Assembly: GCA_965263295.1 (NCBI GenBank)
Contig: OZ253665.1
Span: 1,952,001-2,016,000 of the forward strand
DNA from: Spirochaetia bacterium
GTDB taxonomy: Bacteria; Spirochaetota; Spirochaetia; SP-2023
DNA length: 64,000 bases
Direction: 5' to 3'
A model generated the notes under the pieces. It searched no databases. It had not been told where the DNA came from and saw only the letters and a program-made list of their open reading frames with translations. Of the stretch, positions 60,251-64,000 are shown in pieces. Position 1 is the first letter of the stretch. Every line of letters begins with the position of its first letter. The position numbers were made by a program, and so were the translations under genes.

Positions 60251-61239
60251 CAGTTAAACCCTCCCATATTCTGTTGTATCGAAAGTATCACCTGGCGGGC
60301 AATCAGGTTCCAGCCGTCAACCATTACGAACAGCAAGAGTTTAAACGGTGTCGAAATCATGACGGGCGGCAACATGATCATACCCATCGACATCAGGATT
60401 GCCGAGACGACCATATCAATGATGATAAACGGGATGTAAATTAATACACCTATTCGGAAAGCCACCGTCAATTCATGCAGCACATATGAAGGCACTAACA
60501 CTTGCAGCGGAATATCTGCCAGAGTCTTTGGCTGCGGCAACTGTGAAGTCTGAAGAAATAACTCCAGTGAACGCGTGTCTCCAGCGAGCTGCTGGAACAT
60601 GAACTGCTTGAGCGGTGCCCGGGTACGCAAATATAATTCCTGCAGGTCAATCTGGCCGTCACTGAAAGGTACAAAGGCGTTGTTGTAAATCAGCGACAAC
60701 ACCGGCCACATTACGAACGCCGTCATAAACAAGGCTATCCCCATAATTACATTAGTTGGCGGGGCCTGCTGCAAAGCCATAGTTCGGCGAATAAAATCCA
60801 GTACGATGGATATCCGCAAGAAAGACGTCAACAACACAGCAAAAGTCGGGGCCAGAGTTATAATGGTTAAAAGTAACAATAACTGCAGCGACAAGGCCAC
60901 TTCGCGATTCGTTTGCGGCGCCCGGATATTTAGATCAATATAGGGCACATCAGGTAGCTGCAGTAGAGGCCCAACCCTACCGTTATCTGGCTGACGGCCA
61001 AGCTCACCGAGAGCTTGAGCCGTTAGATCCTCTCCCGTCGCCGTGCCGCGCTGGGCATCGCTGAGCTGAGCAGCCGCACGGCCAGCCAGCGAGCTAAAGC
61101 CTATAAAAGCCAAAGCCATTACCAGGCCCAGGCGCAACAACTTCAACTGCCAACGCCGCCAGGCCTCACGCTCGGTCTGAGCCTGGAGCGGTGAACGGCC
61201 ACCCACTGAAAAAAAATAAGAATCGGGCAGAGGCATCAC
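60250..61239 (-). CDS. fliP: flagellar export protein FliP
   Basis: LMSMGMIMLPP...PFKLLLFVMVDGW. Confidence 0.95.
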   Translation of the reverse strand: MMPLPDSYFFSVGGRSPLQAQTEREAWRRWQLKLLRLGLVMALAFIGFSSLAGRAAAQLSDAQRGTATGEDLTAQALGELGRQPDNGRVGPLLQLPDVPYIDLNIRAPQTNREVALSLQLLLLLTIITLAPTFAVLLTSFLRISIVLDFIRRTMALQQAPPTNVIMGIALFMTAFVMWPVLSLIYNNAFVPFSDGQIDLQELYLRTRAPLKQFMFQQLAGDTRSLELFLQTSQLPQPKTLADIPLQVLVPSYVLHELTVAFRIGVLIYIPFIIIDMVVSAILMSMGMIMLPPVMISTPFKLLLFVMVDGWNLIARQVILSIQQNMGGFN

Positions 61240-62141
61240 AATTCGTCCTTCTTCAAGCGCCGAGTTGCGGAACGTAAACGCTCACGATAATCGCGAGTAT
61301 GCGGAAAAGAGATCCCCAGCCCTTCGGTTGTTTCATCTGGCGACTCAGGGCTCTTCTCCTGCGAAACTTCCTCTGCAGGGGAAGCAAAGTTTGAGCCACG
61401 GCGCAGGCGCTCGCGCAACAGCTTGACAAAGTCTAGGGCCACGCCGCCACCCTGACTTAACAAAGTCCCCGACCTGGTGCGCGGATCCTGCGTTGCCTCC
61501 AGAATGATCCGATCCTTAACTTCTGGCTCAGTATAGTGATCGAGCAACTGGACTCCATTGGGACCAGAGCCCAGCAGGTAACATTCGCCCCCCACTTCGA
61601 CCACATGCAACATGCGATCACCGTGCAGAACTTGACTACTCAAAACCTGAATGCCACTACCCAAACCAGACAGTTGTGGTTTTTGCAGGGACAGACGACG
61701 TAAAAATCTCAATGTAAAATAAATTAATACAACCAGGAAGCCCAATATTAAAAAGACGCGCAAATACAGCGAAGCAGAAACGAGCCCACTGCCGTCAGCA
61801 CTCCGATCTGCGCTTGAAGCGCCAGATTCAGGTGCTGCGATTTGCCCGTTCGCTTGCGTCTGCTCCTGCGTTCCAAGCTGAACTTGTATATCACTTTCGC
61901 GCAGTATTTCAGCCGGGCTGGCCTGGACTTGCGTTACAGCCTCCACAGAATCAGCAGCAGGTTCCTGAGCGCCGATATAACCCCTTAGACCGTGGCCATA
62001 GAGCCCCAGCCAGTACAAACAGAGAAAAAATAAGACCAATCTCAGAGTTAAAACGTAGAAAGTCTCTAAATGTATTTTCTTTACAACTGCCGCGCCCATC
62101 ATACCCACAGAAATCACTGAAAAATAAGGCAAATTATACAA
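61236..62141 (-). CDS. fliO: flagellar protein FliO/FliZ (true start probably downstream of 62141)
   Basis: TM helix then LHVVEVGGECYLLG; position between fliY/N and fliP. Confidence 0.75.
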   Translation of the reverse strand: MYNLPYFSVISVGMMGAAVVKKIHLETFYVLTLRLVLFFLCLYWLGLYGHGLRGYIGAQEPAADSVEAVTQVQASPAEILRESDIQVQLGTQEQTQANGQIAAPESGASSADRSADGSGLVSASLYLRVFLILGFLVVLIYFTLRFLRRLSLQKPQLSGLGSGIQVLSSQVLHGDRMLHVVEVGGECYLLGSGPNGVQLLDHYTEPEVKDRIILEATQDPRTRSGTLLSQGGGVALDFVKLLRERLRRGSNFASPAEEVSQEKSPESPDETTEGLGISFPHTRDYRERLRSATRRLKKDEL

Positions 62142-62179
62142 AAATAGCGCGGCAAGGCTACCGGCTTGCCGCGCTATTT
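62137..62179 (-). terminator. 15-bp-stem hairpin with T-tract
   Basis: AAATAGCGCGGCAAG-8 nt-CTTGCCGCGCTATTT followed by TT on the minus strand. Confidence 0.75.
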
Positions 62180-62199
62180 ATCACCGAAAGGCTTAATGA

Positions 62200-63168
62200 C
62201 TACATGCCCTTTTGCATCATCTGTTCAAGAGATGTAATGATTTCAGTGATGCGAACCGAAAAATTTTCATCCACAACCACGACCTCGCCACGCGCTATCA
62301 AGTTGTTGTTCACCAACACATCGACAGGTTCTCCCGCCTGTTTTTCCAGTTCAATAATACTGCCTTCACCGATAGTCAGCACGTCGCGTAACTGCCACTT
62401 GGTGCGCCCTAGTTCAACTTCCAAAGTTACAGGTACATCCATCAGAAGGCCGAGGTTCTGCTCTTCTTGTGGCCCGATTTCCGTAGCTCGAAAGCTTGGG
62501 AAGCTAACACCTTCCACTTTAGGAGACTCACTGCTTGGGGTGGCCGCCGGCTTTCCCGCAAGTTCCTTACTATGTAAGAATTTGCCAATACTTTCAGCCA
62601 AGTCCTGATTGATAACTTCAATGACGGAGAGAGCCTTGGTCCCATCAAAGCTAATATCATAGAGCAAAGTAAACACGGGCGGCGTTAAGGCCAGCGAATC
62701 CTTCTGAATGAGCTGGACATCTGGAGCTCCCTGAGACAGGCTTTCTTCAAACTCCTTCTCAATAAAGCTCAGCTGGGCATTGACCGCCTGCGAAAAAGCC
62801 TCGCCAATAGCCGACATTGCAGTGGCGTCCAGCTCTTCGCTCTCGACACCCATCATAGGGTTGGCAATCTGTAGCGCCTCAACTTTGTCCAGATAATAGC
62901 TGTGTAGACCGTCATAGGCCCCCGGAAAGCTGATCCGCACATCGACAAACTCATCCGCCAAACGGGCCAGCACGTCGGCGGGAGAGGTCAACAACACTTG
63001 GGGATCGCTGACCGCACACTCCTTCCCGACCAGTCCACCGAAAGCCGTGACAAAGCTCGGCATAATTCGGCGGTTGACACGCAGGAAATCTTCCAACAAC
63101 GGAGTCAGTTTATCACTCTCCGGTGTTAAGAGAGCATTAATTTCGTCTTCACTCAGATTATCACTCAT
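62200..63168 (-). CDS. fliY: flagellar switch protein FliY/FliN
   Basis: LSEDEINALL, CheC-like middle, C-terminal LLMDVPVTLEVELG...GEVVVVDENF. Confidence 0.88.
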   Translation of the reverse strand: MSDNLSEDEINALLTPESDKLTPLLEDFLRVNRRIMPSFVTAFGGLVGKECAVSDPQVLLTSPADVLARLADEFVDVRISFPGAYDGLHSYYLDKVEALQIANPMMGVESEELDATAMSAIGEAFSQAVNAQLSFIEKEFEESLSQGAPDVQLIQKDSLALTPPVFTLLYDISFDGTKALSVIEVINQDLAESIGKFLHSKELAGKPAATPSSESPKVEGVSFPSFRATEIGPQEEQNLGLLMDVPVTLEVELGRTKWQLRDVLTIGEGSIIELEKQAGEPVDVLVNNNLIARGEVVVVDENFSVRITEIITSLEQMMQKGM

Positions 63169-64000
63169 TAGATTGAATTGCCTCCACCAATAATCAAGTC
63201 ATCCACATCAATTTCGTAAACATCAGCTGTCTTTTCAATTACCTGCACACCGATGCGCTTATTTTCCAAAACACCGACGCGGCAGTCAAACTTTGCCTTG
63301 CCGCCGATATGCAGGATCATCGGATTTTTGGCCAGCGAATCTAGCTGAATTACGTCCCCGGCTTGCAAATTCATAATTTCACGCAAGTTTAACGTGGTTC
63401 GCCCGACCTGGGCAACCAGGCTTAATTCGACTTTACTCAAGCGTTCTTCTACTTGAGTCAGATTTTCCGGCGAAGTCTGGCGATTGCGCGAAGCATACCA
63501 AAATTGTGAAGACAACTTGCTGATAATCGGCTCTAAAGTCATATACGGAATACAAAAATTAATAATGCCCTCCGTCTTATCAATTGCGGCCTCCAGAGTA
63601 ATCAACAGCACCATTTCACCAGGGGCCACTATTTGCACAAACTGTGGGTTCGTCTCTATATGACTCAGGCGCGGACGCAAGTCAATCAGCTGACTCCAAG
63701 ATTCGCGCAAGTTCCCCAAAATGCGCACCATGATCATTTCCGAAATTGAGACTTCAATGTCTGAGAGCTCTCTCGTGCGGTCCAACGTTTTTCCCGGACC
63801 ACCCAAGAGCCGGTCCAGAATAGCAAAAGTTACGGCCGGATCAATTTCTAAAATTGCCGAGCCTTTCAAAGGATCCATCTGCACCACAGCTAATGTTGTC
63901 GGGCTGGATAGCGAACGAATAAATTCATCATAAGTCAGTTCGTCCACTGCCGCCACATGCACGTTAACAATTGAGCGCAATTGTGCAGACAGCGAAGTGG
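63168..64000 (-). CDS. fliM: flagellar switch protein FliM, 5' end outside the window
   Basis: VDELTYDEFIRS, ETNPQFVQIV, NFCIPY. Confidence 0.95.
   Translation of the reverse strand, partial: TSLSAQLRSIVNVHVAAVDELTYDEFIRSLSSPTTLAVVQMDPLKGSAILEIDPAVTFAILDRLLGGPGKTLDRTRELSDIEVSISEMIMVRILGNLRESWSQLIDLRPRLSHIETNPQFVQIVAPGEMVLLITLEAAIDKTEGIINFCIPYMTLEPIISKLSSQFWYASRNRQTSPENLTQVEERLSKVELSLVAQVGRTTLNLREIMNLQAGDVIQLDSLAKNPMILHIGGKAKFDCRVGVLENKRIGVQVIEKTADVYEIDVDDLIIGGGNSI

Overview
Chromosomal window from a spirochaete, inferred from a P83/100-family gene, a spirochaete-type FlhB N-terminus and the rplU-prp-rpmA-obgE-nadD-yqeK-LCP-rsfS order. Core genes: pepA, tRNA-Asp, lepB, the ribosomal/obg cluster, a split class III ribonucleotide reductase with NrdR boxes, and the end of the flagellar operon (fliM to flhG). 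Metabolic clusters: a possible sulfoquinovose-type catabolic cluster (1-4456), an orphan PEP mutase, a Fur-boxed ABC+ECF uptake island, and a sugar ABC/FAD-oxidoreductase operon. Main observations: (i) a family of modular inverted-repeat elements built from phased CACGAAA/TTTCGTG motifs sits at most accessory-DNA junctions and beside orphan lipoprotein genes; (ii) two lipoproteins share an unrecognised N-terminal domain but have unrelated C-termini, and a decayed third signal peptide is also present; (iii) an ABC pair has complementary half-deleted ATPase domains; (iv) the NrdD glycyl-radical loop is on a separate 57-aa ORF; (v) a 1-kb AT-rich insert with a macrodomain relic lies between 585-bp direct repeats. 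All calls are by eye from motifs; no searches were run.
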